This document shows, piece by piece, positions 39,963 through 52,839 of a stretch of DNA of 64,000 bases (position 1 is its first letter; every line of letters begins with the position of its first letter). The DNA comes from the human T2T-CHM13v2.0 reference genome, Homo sapiens: assembly GCF_009914755.1 (NCBI RefSeq), contig NC_060935.1; one strand, given 5' to 3'. Made by a program: the position numbers and the translations under genes. The notes beneath the pieces are model-generated. The model was not told where the DNA came from, ran no database searches, and saw only the letters and a list, made by a program, of their open reading frames with translations.

Positions 39963-40663
39963 AGTTACTCACCCTCCTTTATGAGGTGTCAACCTATCTC
40001 CACTTTACAGGTGAGGAAACTGAGGCACAGAAAGGTTCTATTACTAGTCCCAAATCATGTAACTAGAATGTGGCAAATATAGACTGTGAACTAAAATCTC
40101 TCTGACGCCAAACTCGGTGTTCTTTCTATCGTACCACACTGCCTCTCTTCTGAAACACAGTCCTTTGTGAAACCATGTGGGAAGGGAGCTTAAAAAGGGA
40201 AGAGACTCCTCGGAGAAATAAGGAACCTGCACCCTCCTTCTCCACCTCCAGTTCTCAGCTGATGTTTTGTGACATTGAAATTGGGGCAATACCAGCTAGA
40301 AACATTTATTGATTTCAAAGCCAAGAACACTCTAAGTGCAGTATTAAGGCAATTCCATCCTAGAATTGAAATTTCTGGTGGCAGAAAAAAAAGTTAAAGC
40401 AAATCTCAAGGTGACAGCAATTATAGTATTTAGAGTTTAAGTCCTTTTTGGAAGAAGGCTGGAAAGTAATGGAGCAATGAATGAACCATTAGTGTAAAAT
40501 TCAAAACCAAACAAAGTCAATTCATGGCCTAGTACAAAACTTCAAAGAAGTTCCAGAAAATCAATTAGCTGTTGGTTATTACACAGAGCAGTAAACCTCA
40601 TGTGAGTATTTCAGAGACAATTAAAAGTATCAGGAGTATAAACAACTCAGAGTTCAACCAGAC

Positions 40664-40886
40664 CAAGAATTAGCAAACTTTTCTGCAAAGGGGCAGGTAG
40701 TAGATATTTTAGGCTTTCAAGCTATATCATCTCCACAACTACTCAACCCTGCAGTTGGGGTGCAAAAGCAGCTGCAGCAATATGTAACCAAGTGAGCATG
40801 GCTGTGTTTCAATAAAACTTTATACACAAAAACAGGTGGTGGGCCAGATTCCACCCATGGGCTGTGTATAGTTTGCCGACTGCTGA
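40664..40886. mobile_element. MER58A (hAT-Charlie) DNA transposon
   Basis: TAGCAAACTTTTCTGCAAAGGGGCAGGTAGTAGATATTTTAGGC...GGCTGTGTTTCAATAAAACTTTAT...TAGTTTGCCGAC. Confidence 0.88.
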
Positions 40887-41036
40887 TCTAGAACAATGTG
40901 CTTCTGTGACAAATGAAGTAACAAAGACATGGACAGATGAAATGACTGTCGCAGCCAGTTATGAAAGAGAGAAAAGAGAAAGTCATTTAACATTCATTCA
41001 ACAAAGCTTTATTAAGCATGTATTAGATCCAGGCTA

Positions 41037-41522
<486 letters not shown>

Positions 41523-42750
41523 CTATGACTATAATGAAAACGAAATGTGGCAGGAGGCGGTTTTGGGCATGGGGGTGGGGTAGCAATTAAATCGGTTGTC
41601 AAGGAAGAATGGAGCCCAAACATAAATGACAAAAAGTTGCCATCCATGGAGAGATCACATCTAGTAAGCTCATGGCATGTGCACTCAAGCTTCCCAGGCT
41701 GTTTCTTGCAGATGTGGAAACCGAAGCTACAAGAGCAGCAGGATTGGTGTGGTCCGGAAGGATTCCTGTGGTGTGGCATGGTCCGGGAGGATTCCCAAGT
41801 CAGTTCTCTCTGGCTCCAAAGCTTAGACTCTTTCTTTCACACCCGCACATTCCAGTCGTTTCACAGAAGGATGACTCAGAAATTCCCTCAGAAATTTAAA
41901 ACACCGTCTTAGTCTGAAGTGTTTGGTTTGGGGCTGGAACACATACTAAAATTTTGACTAGATATTACAGCATCAAAAACTGCTCTGATGACCAGATGAC
42001 TGAAATTATTAAATTTTGCACTTTAAAGAATGAACTAGTCTTTTTTCTTAAAATATTTCATATTTTATTTCTAAAGGAGATAAAAGAGAAGCTTTCAGCC
42101 TGCTACTTTCAAGCATCTCATCTGCAGACAAAATCTTCATGCATAATATTTATTCCCAATAAATGAAAAACCAAAATGAAATGCACTTTTTCTTTTTTAA
42201 TATTGGTTTTTGAAGTACTAGAGACACGTTGATATGCTATATGAGAATTTTGAGTAGCTACATGCAGCTTGCTGATTTGTTCAAGGTGATTGTGAGGCAA
42301 ACAATTCTCATTGTCTTTTTTTAATTTCAATGTGAGTGTTCCTTATACTTCCTCTCTTCAACCAGTGATCCATTAGGAGTAAAAATTAAACAAAATATGA
42401 CTAATCATAGGAACAGTTCCACCCACTGGGGGGCGTTCACACCCACCAGAGCATGGAGTGGTGTTTAGCTGAAGGACAGACCCCTACATATGCTCACTCC
42501 ATATGCACCTGCAGCAACCCAACTGTTCCTTTTAGAGGGAAGAGAATATTTAAATAAGCATTCTGTTCATTGACTGTTATGAGCTAGGAGACAGGGACTT
42601 TAAATGTCTTTAATGAGAAGGCCCAACCCTATTGCTCAGGCCCAGGCCCAGCTGGCGGTGAGTGAGGCTTAGAGGATGAAAAATATAAAGAGGCACCACT
42701 CTCAGGGCTGACCCCACACAGGAGCAATTCTGAGAGTGGGTGCTGCCTTA

Positions 42751-43370
42751 AGATATAGGAGTTAAAAACAAATTATTTAGGCAGATAGTGAGGGTAAGGA
42801 AGTCCTCACTAAGGTTTTCCTTTTAATGAAAAGCAGCCCCAAAATCATTTTCTTTTCTAACAAAGAGCAGCCTGTAAAATCGAGCTGCAGACATAGAAAG
42901 GGAAGCTGGAAGTTTGCACGGGTGAATGCCGGCAGTTATGTCAATAGAAATAGGCTACCTGGGACTAGGCATGATCAAAATTTGGCTCCATCTTCCTGTC
43001 TCTTTGCCAGCCACATGTACAATAAGGAGCAGGCAAGATCCTGGCCAAGTGGAAAGCCCATTTGCATAATAAGATCAGGGTGGGGCTACCAGCCTTTCAC
43101 TTCATGCTATGTATATGTCACACCTTGTGGAACTAATCTGTGGGCCCTATGTAAATCAGACACCACCTGCTCAAGCCTGCCTATAAAATCTGCTGTGGTA
43201 TGCCTCAGGCCAGTTTTTCCCTTTCAGATGCCCAGATGTCCATCTCTCTCCTTTCTTCTGCCTATTAGACTTTCTGCTCCTTAACCCATCCATGTGTGTC
43301 CGTGTCCCTAATCTTCTTGGCGCCAAATGACGAACCCCAGGTATTTACCCCAGACAATGATGCTGCTTCA
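42751..43370 (+). mobile_element. LTR9/MER61-family ERV1 solo LTR
   Basis: Begins AGATATAGGAGTTAAAAACAAATTATTTAGGCAGATAGTGAGGG, ends GCTGCTTCA; 4-bp TSD CTTA (42747-42750, 43371-43374); TATAAAA at ~43183. Confidence 0.85.
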
Positions 43371-44104
43371 CTTATGTTTTGTACCCTACTCACCTCCCCC
43401 AGGGCCTGGTCCCATCCCCCTACACCTCCCCACACCACCCCCCACCCCCAACACACACACAAACTGCAACTCAATCTTTCCATAAGTCAGTGGTTAGAAA
43501 TAAAACAGCTGCTTGCTCCTAAAACCTCCCAAACCAGAGCTGCATTGAACTTGCTGGGCCTGTGATGGGGGTTTGTGCACTGGGTGCTGGTGCTCTTGGC
43601 TTGTGTTGGCTCATGTTAGTCACCACCACCTGTGTCTCTCTGATGTTGGGTTTTACTGTATCCTTATGATAACTTGGGTGTTAACAAAAAAGTTTTCTTT
43701 TTTTTTTTTTTTCCAAGAAATTCTCTTTTATCTTGCAGAAAGAAAAGCACTTTAGGAGGAAAACTCAAAACAACAGACGTCACTGATGGTTGAGACTCCC
43801 CTACAACTGAAACCAGTTTTTAAATGATGGCTCTCTTAAGCCAGAAGGAATTCCCAGAGGCCCTCAGGTCCAGCCTCCAGCATCCAGCTAATTGTAGCTC
43901 AGCAGCTGCATCTCGGGCTGGGCAGCAGGGAGCTGCTGCTTCCTCCTTGCAGTATACTGGGAAGTCTGTGTCACTGCAGAATGCAGGAAATAATATTTAC
44001 CTTATACATTTGACAGGTTGTTAGGAAGACCTGAATAAAGTAATCTACATTGTACTACTTGAGCGCTATAAAATGAAAGAAGTTACTTAAAATCTCTAGG
44101 AGTA

Positions 44105-44440
<336 letters not shown>

Positions 44441-44554
44441 TTACATCTCTTCATTACTATTTCAGCATATAGTCAACTGTGTGGAGAAAGTTTCTCCCTA
44501 CTTCTAATTAGCTTCCCGTGCTGCATATCTTATCTGTCCTCTGAAGGTAGATAA

Positions 44555-44740
44555 AACCATGTTTGAATCCAAACTCCACCATTCTTAGCTGTGTGACTTT
44601 AGGTGAGTCGTCTAACCTCCCCAAGCACCCCATTTCCTTATATGCAAAGTGAGAATGCAATGTCTCCTTCAAAGGGCTATTATGAGGGTTGAGTGCAACA
44701 ATGCAGATTAAGTACAGGGAACACTGGCATTGTTCATAAA
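44555..44740 (+). mobile_element. MIR SINE
   Basis: GTTTGAATCCAAACTCCACCATTCTTAGCTGTGTGACTTTAGGTGAGTCGTCTAACCTC. Confidence 0.75.
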
Positions 44741-45414
44741 CAGTCTCGCTGCCAAAACAAAACATCAGAGTTACTCAAGATCCATTTCATCCTCTTGTTC
44801 TTCTCCAGAGTTAACACTCCTGTTGCCTCTAGCTCTTCCCAATTCTCCAATCCCTGATTTTTAAACTAGTGATTCTTGAGTTCTTTAGGGTTCTCAACGT
44901 TATTAAGAATCAGATGAAAATTTCAGACCCTCTCCACCGAAAATTTCAATGGCAAACTTTTGCATACAATTTCAGGAGGCTCAGGAACCTTTCAAAGCCC
45001 ATCCATGTGCCCCTTCCCTGGTGAGGAGAGTGGACCCCAGATACGAAACTCAGTTTTGAGAATCCCCCTACGGCCCCCACCCCCTCAAAGGCAGCATCCC
45101 AGAAGCCGCCCTCTCTGCAGTTTCTGGTTCCTGCTGGCCTCCTACCCTAAGGATGCAAATTATCAGCAGGCCAAGGCATCTTGGAGGAGCCTGAGGTTTA
45201 GGAAGAAAGAATCAAGCTAAGAAGTGGACCTCAGCACAGCCTGAACCTGGCAGAACGAAGGCCCAATTACCAACTTCAGACTTTCAAAATGTCAGGTCCA
45301 GTTTATTGGAAAACTTTCTCAGCTAAGAGGCATTCACAGAACCAAGAGGAGAAGTTGAGACAGAGGCAGGAGCTACCATGGCTGGCAGATGGGAGGCATC
45401 CTGGAACTTACAAC

Positions 45415-45898
45415 TGATGCAGGACAGGCAAGCCCCAAAGTAGGGCTTGGCCCGCCAGGGTTCTTGGCTTCACCCAGGAAAGAACTCAAGGGCAAGCCGC
45501 TGGCAGGGTAAAAGAAAACAGCTCTATTGAAGCGGCAATGTTGCAGCTCCAGTGGTGTTACTGCCCCGTGACTGCTCCAGCAGAGCAGGGCTACCCCACA
45601 GGCAGTGTGCTGAGGGTAGCAACTCAGGGCAGTTTTGCAGTCATATTTATACCCATTTTTAATGACATGTAGATTAGAGGGTGGTTTATGCATAAATTTC
45701 TAGAGAAAAGGTAGTAACTCCTGGGTCATCCGGTCATTGCCATGGAAAGGGGCAGTAATTCCCTGGTGTTGCCACGGCAATGGTAAACTGACACAGCATA
45801 CTGGTGGGCGTGTCTTATGGAAAGCTGCTTCCACCCTGTCCTTGTTGTAGCTAGTCCTCAACTTGGTCCAGTGTCTGGTATTCGAGCCCTGCCTCCTG
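45415..45898 (-). mobile_element. MER66-like ERV1 solo LTR
   Basis: Reverse strand GGACCAAGTTGAGGACTAGCTACAAC...GCTTTCCATAAGACACGCCCACCAG...ending GGGGCTTGCCTGTCCTGCATCA. Confidence 0.8.
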
Positions 45899-46763
45899 AG
45901 AAGTCCCTTGACAGTATCGCAAAGACCCCAAAGGACAGGTTTAGGAACTCTTTCAAAAACCTATTCTCCCCTGATGGAAAAAGACCTTTATGGTAAAATA
46001 CACATCTCTTCTACAAACAAGCTGCTGAAAGCTGGCTATCACTATCTCCAGCCATGACCATAGAGAAACCATTCATTTGGGGGCGCTCAATTAGACATAT
46101 TTTGAGTTCAGACAGAGGTCCAGATGAAAGATCCCCTAGAACAACCTAGGAGAGGTGATGGAAGTCAGACAGATGGCTGAGTTGGCATTCTACTTTTCTG
46201 GAGGTTACTTAACTTTTCTGAGCCCAAGTTTCCTCATCTAGGAAAGATGGGTAACTCCCATATCCTGCGGTTGAGTTGAGCATTAAATGAGGTGATATAC
46301 GTAAAGAGCCTGGCATATAGTAAGCTCTCAGTGAATGACAGCTGCCATTATTATGGTTATTAGTGTTACTCATGGGCAAAGGGGATTGCAAAAATATTCC
46401 CATTCACTAAACATGTGTTAAAAGCCTACCTTGTATAGCAGTAACAGGCAATATGCATACAGGATCAAAGGAAGAATGAACCACATTCAGATAATTACAT
46501 TCTTTATTTACCACCAATTGTTGAGATGCTATTTGTTCTTGTAGGCCTCTAAGGACCTCCCTCTTGCAGAGAACATTTAATGTGGTTACCCCGTGGTTGA
46601 GAGATTACAGCTACTTTGGGGCCAGATGAGAAATTCTATAGTTAGACTTTCGTTCATTCAGACCGGCCTTTGCCCTTGTTAATCCTAATTAATAAGAGTT
46701 TGCTATAAAGAAGGAAAACCAAATTGACTGGACACCTGTGAGCTAGAAGCTTTCACAGATACT

Positions 46764-47061
46764 TATTTTTGTTTTGTTTTGTTTTGAGACTCTCGCTCTG
46801 TCACCCAGGCTGGAGTGCAGTGGCATGATCTTAGCTCACTGCAACCTCTGGCTCCCGGTTCAAGCGATTCTCCTGCCTCAGCCTCCTGAGTAGCTGGGAC
46901 TACAGGCACATGCCACCACACCCAGCTAATTTTTTGTATTTTTATTAGAGACGGGGTTTCACCATGTTAGCCAGGCTGGTCTCGAGCTCCTAACCTCGTG
47001 ATCTGCCCACCTTGACCTCCCAAAGTGCTGGGATTATAGGCATAAACCACTGCACCCAGCC
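46764..47061 (-). mobile_element. Alu (AluS-like) with TSD
   Basis: (TTTTG)n tail and antisense Alu; TTCACAGATA on both flanks. Confidence 0.96.
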
Positions 47062-47374
47062 TTCACAGATATTTTATTTAAGCTTTGCAACTCTGCTAGG
47101 AAGGTATTATTACCCTCATTTATGAAATGAGAGATTTCAGCTTAAGAGAGAACACTCTTTGTTTGAGATCACAAATAGAACCTCTGGGATTTAAACACAA
47201 ATCACTAGGACACACCGTTCAGCAAACTGCCTTAGCCTGTTTCCCTCAGAAAGGCCACTTAAGCCTCCACAGCCCTGGTAACAGCTGGAGAGAGTTCAGG
47301 CCATTTCAGAGACACTGTGTGAGGAGGCTGAGGGGGACAAGAGAGCAGAAGACATTTCTCCACCTCAGTGGTCC

Positions 47375-47845
47375 TGTTAGAGAGAAGTTGTATTGGACAC
47401 TTTTAAAATGGCAAAGAAGACTTTACTCAAGACTATTACAATAAGGGTCAAGACTATTGCAATAGGAGAGAGAGGCTGAATCAACTCCAAATACAATAGG
47501 GGCCGCTGAAGATTTCTAGCTAATAGGCAGGGTGGGGGAGAGGATGGAAAATCACTAAGAGAAACTCTGTCAGGTATCAAGGGTAGAGGGGAGGAGAAAC
47601 TTGATTGGCCACAAGGATGCAGGGATTCTCAGTAAACTGGCTTAGCAGGATTCTTGCCAAAACTGGAAAGAAAAAAAAAGTTCCAATAATATCAGAAAAT
47701 AAAAAAAAATTAAAAATAAAATAAATAAATAAATAAAATAACTGGCCTCAACAGGCCAAAGATGGGGGCTAAGGATGAGGCCTAGACAAAAAGATGGCTT
47801 GGAGGAGCCTGACTAAAGTTTGGTCAAGGAGGGAGTTGTTGTCCT
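47375..47845 (-). mobile_element. MER31/MER67-like ERV1 LTR, interrupted by an A-rich insert
   Basis: Reverse strand CTCCCTCCTTGACCAAACTTTAGTCAGGCTCCTCC...; forward GACTATTGCAATAGGAGAGAGAGGCTGAATCAACTCC. Confidence 0.75.
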
Positions 47846-47849
47846 TCCA

Positions 47850-48236
47850 ATGTGTTAGACTGCAAAAATGGCCACAGGTCTCCACTCCTCCCCGTACCCA
47901 TGTCTTTTGTAATGTGACCCAAGCAATTCCCATCAAGAGCGGAAATCTCTCTGCACCCCTTGACTCTGGGCTGGCCTTACAGCTTGCTGTAACTGGTAGA
48001 AAATGGAGGGAGCAGCACAGTGTCAGTTCTGAGCCTAGATCTCAAGAAGGCCTGCTTTTGTCCACGCTTGTTCTCTCTTTCCCTCTCTCCCGCTCTCTCA
48101 GCAGCAACCAGAGGAACCGAATAGCAGATCCCAGCCCAAAGTGCTAACCTATAGAATCATGAGCTAGATAAATAGCTATTATTTTAAGCCACTAAATTTG
48201 GGGGCTGTTTGTATGAGGCAGTAGATAACTAATACA
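47850..48236 (+). mobile_element. MLT1 (MaLR) LTR
   Basis: TGTGTTAGACTGCAAAAATGGCCAC...TTTTAAGCCACTAAATTTGGGGGCTGTTTGTATGAGGCAGTAGATAACTAATACA. Confidence 0.85.
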
Positions 48237-48710
48237 TTCTAAAATGTGTCCACAAATTGAAATCATTTGAGAAGCCTTAAAACATACATTGATGGGTAGG
48301 TTTCCCCCACCCCCACCCTGCAGAGTTTCTCATTTACTCGGCCTTGTCTGCAACCTCCACCCTGGGGGTAGGGGGGTCTTAAGGTCCCCCAGGTGATCTC
48401 AATGTGTAGCCAAGGTTAAACACCACTGCCTTAGCTCCCCTGGCCTGGGCCATCCTGAAGCAACCCAGTTGGACTCTCCAGCTGTGCAGAGGATTTGCAG
48501 GAGGTACACAGGTCAGTTACAACGTGAGCTATTATCAGATGCAAGGGCCCATGGATCAAAGTCAGTGTTTCTCAAATTTTAATGTGCATCCTGATCACCT
48601 GAGGCTCTTGTTAAATTAAGATTCTGATTCAGTCGATCTGGGGTAAGGCTTGAGATCTTGCATTTGTAACACACTCTCAGGGGATGCTGAGGCTGTGGAC
48701 TCTACTTTGC
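48237..48710. mobile_element. Two MER5A-like hAT fragments (~48237-48430 and ~48563-48710)
   Basis: CCCCAGGTGATCTCAATGTGTAGCCAAGGTTAAACACCACTG; CAGTGTTTCTCAAATTTTAATGTGCATC...GATTCTGATTCAGTCGATCTGGGG. Confidence 0.7.
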
Positions 48711-48974
48711 TTGGTCTATGAGATCTTCTTTACACTCACTCCTTCCAAACACCCTTTGTAGGCTTGGCAGCTGCCTCTTAGCTGAACTTTCTCAGATGTA
48801 CTGTTGTAGCCTAGAGGAGAATAATCTCCAAAAAGTTGCCTAGCCTTGGGGTGGGCTGCTCAGCAGCCTCTTGGAGGGGCACATAGACAGGGCCTAGGGC
48901 TCTTCTTGGCTATTTTATACTCCCATGGAATTGATTCTAGAACAGGGGCTTCTGACAAATCTAAAGAAGAGTAC

Positions 48975-49462
48975 TGTATTGGTTTGCAAGGGCTGCCATA
49001 ATGAAATACCACAGACTGAGGGGCATAAACAACAGAGTTATTTTCTCACAGTTCAGAAGGCTAGAAGGGCAAGGTCAAAGTACCAGCAGGGTTGGTTTCT
49101 CCTGAGGCCTCCTCCTTGGGTTGCAGATGACTGAATTCTCATTGTGTCCTCCCATGGTCACACTTCTGTGTGTGTCTGTGTCCTAATCTCCTCTTCTTAC
49201 AAGGACGCCAGTTATATTTGACTAGGGCCCACACTAGTGACCTCATTTGAACTTAATTACCTCTTTAAAGACCACATCTCCAACCAAATACAGTCATGTT
49301 CTGTGGCACTGAGGGTTAGGATTTCAACATATGGGCCGGGCATGGTGGCTTACGCCTGTAATCCCAGCACTTTGGGAGGCCGAGGTGGGCGGATCACCTG
49401 AGGTCAGCAGTTTGAGGATTTCAACATATGAACTTTGAGGAGATACAATTTAACCCATAACA
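48975..49462 (-). mobile_element. MLT1A/B-type MaLR LTR, interrupted by an Alu fragment
   Basis: TGTATTGGTTTGCAAGGGCTGCCATAATGAAATACCACAGACTG...GATACAATTTAACCCATAACA. Confidence 0.88.
49334..49414 (+). mobile_element. 3'-truncated Alu (first ~81 bp only, no poly-A) with a 16-bp TSD
   Basis: GGCCGGGCATGGTGGCTTACGCC...GAGGTCAGCAGTTTG flanked by AGGATTTCAACATATG (49318-49333, 49415-49430). Confidence 0.93.
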
Positions 49463-49907
49463 GGTATGCACTTCCCATTCTTCCCGTGTGGAACTAGCAG
49501 CAGGACCAATCTTACCAGTTGCAGTCCTGCCTGGCAAAGCTATGGGTGGGAGGTAGCTTGCAAGGCTGTGAAGCACTTTCAAAGGCAGAAGGACCAGTAC
49601 AATAAAGCTACATTTGAAAATGAAGAATAAGCTAGTGTGGCCAGAATGTATACAGAACACCTGAAGTAAAATAGGATTTTATCTCCAAAGCAACCATGCC
49701 ATAGCCTGAATCCAGAGTGTTCTAGGCAGACCAAAAGCATGGAATAAAAATTGATTCGGACTGAGGAAATGGTAAAGAGATACTCACAAAACACCCAAGA
49801 CCACACCACGGAGCCACAGAATCATTTGGAACAGGACTCCTGGGAACAAAATGCTGCCAAAACTTAAGGAGGAAAGTGGGGAAATTCTCTGAGTGCCAAT
49901 GCAGCAC

Positions 49908-49955
49908 CTTTGTCATCTTACCTTCTTACTGCTTTGTCATCTTACCTTCTTACTG
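49908..49955. repeat. Perfect 24-bp tandem duplication
   Basis: CTTTGTCATCTTACCTTCTTACTG x2. Confidence 0.95.
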
Positions 49956-50292
49956 ACCTAGTTAACCTCCTTTCCTCACTTGAAACATGAAGTTAAATCC
50001 ACTGCCTCAAAGGGTTACTATGAAGATTAAATCACAAAATGTATGTGATGGAACCAGGCTTATTGATGTGCAAATGTGTCAACATTCCCAGCCTCCATCC
50101 AACTTTCTCCACTTTCCTAACCCTCATCATACCCTGTCTGAAGAATTTTGCTCAGCTTTTCCTCACCCCTGGTCTTTCAGGGGAGTTCTATCTCTGCCCC
50201 ATTATCTGGCTTTTTGTGGTACAAATTGGGAAGGATGAAGGGAGAGAGAGAAGCAGGAGAGAGGGAGAAGGCAGAGAGACAAGGTTCTTGTC

Positions 50293-50624
<332 letters not shown>

Positions 50625-50630
50625 TGAAGC

Positions 50631-50714
50631 CACCAGGAGTGGGGTTCAAACCCACACAGACATATGTCCATTGGCTCTTAAGTCCAGTGCCTTTAACTAC
50701 TTGGCCATCCTGGT
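50631..50714 (-). pseudogene. tRNA-Leu(TAA) pseudogene
   Basis: Reverse strand ACCAGGATGGCCAAGTAGTTAAAGGCACTGGACTTAAGAGCCAATGGACATATGTCTGTGTGGGTTTGAACCCCACTCCTGGTG: acceptor stem ACCAGGA/TCCTGGT, anticodon loop CTTAAGA, long variable arm; B-box GGTTTGAACC is mutated, CpGs are decayed, no CCA. Confidence 0.92.
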
Positions 50715-51414
50715 ACAGGTGGTTCTTGCCTATTGAGTCAGTCCCCGGGACAGCCCTTTGGTATGGACAGTCACATAATTAGCAAACAGAGGAGAAACTA
50801 AAGCTGATGCCAGAGGCTTTAAGTCTGTCCGCCTGGTAAAGATCTCAGGGACAGGAGATGCAAGGAAGAAAAGAAAACAGCAGCAAAAACACTAAAGCTA
50901 AATGCCAGGGAGCACTGTGGAGTAATTGCCAAGTAAGAGGTTCTGAAGTAGGCTGCAGAGTGTGGGAGACCAAAGAAGGAAAGGCAATGTTGAGAGATCT
51001 ACTGCAAGGCTTGAATTCAATCATTTTAATGTTCTTTGAGAGATGGCAGTAAAGACTGAAATTTCTGCTTAATTACTTTTGGTTGTTAGAATTTGTTTCT
51101 TAAAACATGACTCAATGCAAGAGGCTGGTATGCATGAGACCCTGGGTTTTGTTGGAGGGAGGTGTATTATCTCTGTATCTAATCTCCCTTTGCAGAGTCT
51201 CTTCTTTTGCACTTAGTAGCTACTTAATAAATGGTAGATTACCATTGTTATTATTATTATCATTAGCCACCAACCTCATGCTCTGGGGCTGAGATTCACA
51301 TTCTTCTCAGACATAACTTGATGTTTTGGAAATCCTCCCTCCTGCCATCTCCTGAAAGACTCACCCTACAGACAGTTGGTTTTAGAATGACTGGAAGAAA
51401 AACTGGTTTGACCG

Positions 51415-51803
51415 CGTTAAAGCGAAACAGGCAGGAAGCCATTAGCATGGGGTTGTTTCTGTACCCAAAACCTTCTTACAAGCAGACTAAAACTTAACTT
51501 AGAGGCCTTCCTTATAACTGAGTAATTCTGAATTGCGCTTCAGCCAATCACAGATGGTCAACCAACCGACTGGTTATATAACTAGGGGATCTCCCATTCG
51601 ACCATACCCAGGTAAGGCAAATGCTGCTATAACCAATCAAGTCATTTCTTTATTTCTGCATTCAGCTTATAAAACCTCGCTGCCGTGATGCTGGAGCAGA
51701 GTTCTCTGAACCTCATCCAGTTTTGAATGCTGCCTGACTCACGAATCCTGTAATGCTCAAATAAACTGTTAAATGTATCTTGTCTAAAGTTTTTATTTTA
51801 ACA
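51415..51803 (+). mobile_element. MER57/LTR54-like ERV1 solo LTR
   Basis: (C/T)GTTAAAG start, CAGCCAATCAC and AACCAATCAAG boxes, ...GCTCAAATAAACTGTTAAATGTATCTTGTCTAAAGTTTTTATTTTAACA end. Confidence 0.75.
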
Positions 51804-52160
51804 GCTGGTTACCACTTGTCTCAGCCTCCTGAAGAATCCCAACAACAGGCTCTATTCCAGAGACTTTCGAATCCAAGGCAAAGATATCTCTACTCTAACC
51901 CATAGACTCCTGGGCACAGTAGAGTCATTGGAGAATCCACAAATCCACTGGCTCTTTAAACCTTGCCTATGTGCTGAAAAAATATTTTAGCCAATGTACA
52001 AGCTATTTTTGAAATGTATGTACTGCTACTAGAGTCAGAGTACTTTCTGTCATTTTCTATCTTCTTAATATATACTTTTATACAATTGCATTGTGTTAAA
52101 AAGAGACCCAAAATATTCTTCATGTAAAAAGTGTTCTGATAAACAAACAAAAAATGCTAG

Positions 52161-52217
52161 TAATCTCTGATATAGAGAATCTAATCTCTGATATAGAGAA
52201 TCTACAGAGATTCTCTA
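52161..52217. repeat. 21-bp tandem duplication overlapping a 10-bp-stem inverted repeat
   Basis: TAATCTCTGATATAGAGAATC x2 (52161-52202); TAGAGAATCT-acag-AGATTCTCTA (52194-52217). Confidence 0.9.
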
Positions 52218-52839
52218 GGCTGTGGAACTCTCCAGCCCTCACGTGGTAAATAGCAATTGAGTTTGTACTTTGAGTTGTTTAATAACAGCACCTTGAGCCT
52301 AAGTGATACAGTATAATAATGATAGCCTGAGGGAAGAAGGCATCTCTGATTAATCACTACCTCACAACCAGCTCTGGGCACTCTCACAGAGCTGGCTTCA
52401 TTCTGGATCCAGCTTTACTACTTATTTAGTGTAGCCTTAGACAATTGATGTCTCCACTGAGGATCTCAGTGTCCCCAGCTGAACAATGAGACGGTGTGGT
52501 TACATGTTCTCAGAATTAAGCTATTAAGCATGGACAGGGCTTGGGAGGACAGTGGCATTTTTCTGGCCTCCAGCTTACAAGGAAAGCACTCTGAATGAAA
52601 GGTGTGGACAAATGCAAGACAGTGACCCAGCCCTGACCTGAGGCTATCCACTGAGGGGCCAGTAAGGGAGCAGACAGTAGAATAAGGAGGACTTCCTGGG
52701 AGAAATGTCTCAGATCTTAGAGCAATTGTTTACCTAGAAGCGTAAGAGAACAACACATGCTGTGCCAGACTCCCAGGCAGGCTTAGATTACATAGGATGC
52801 ATACAAGGTTTTCAAGTTTCACCCCAAAAGCCACATTAG

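Noticed and set aside
42420-42440. CTCF-like CCCACTGGGGGGCGTT
   Set aside because: Mismatches at informative positions; too weak to call without ChIP data.
50631-50714. Functional tRNA-Leu(TAA) gene
   Set aside because: B-box GTTCGA is mutated to GTTTGA, the D-loop GG is altered, the discriminator is G and CpGs are decayed; called a pseudogene.
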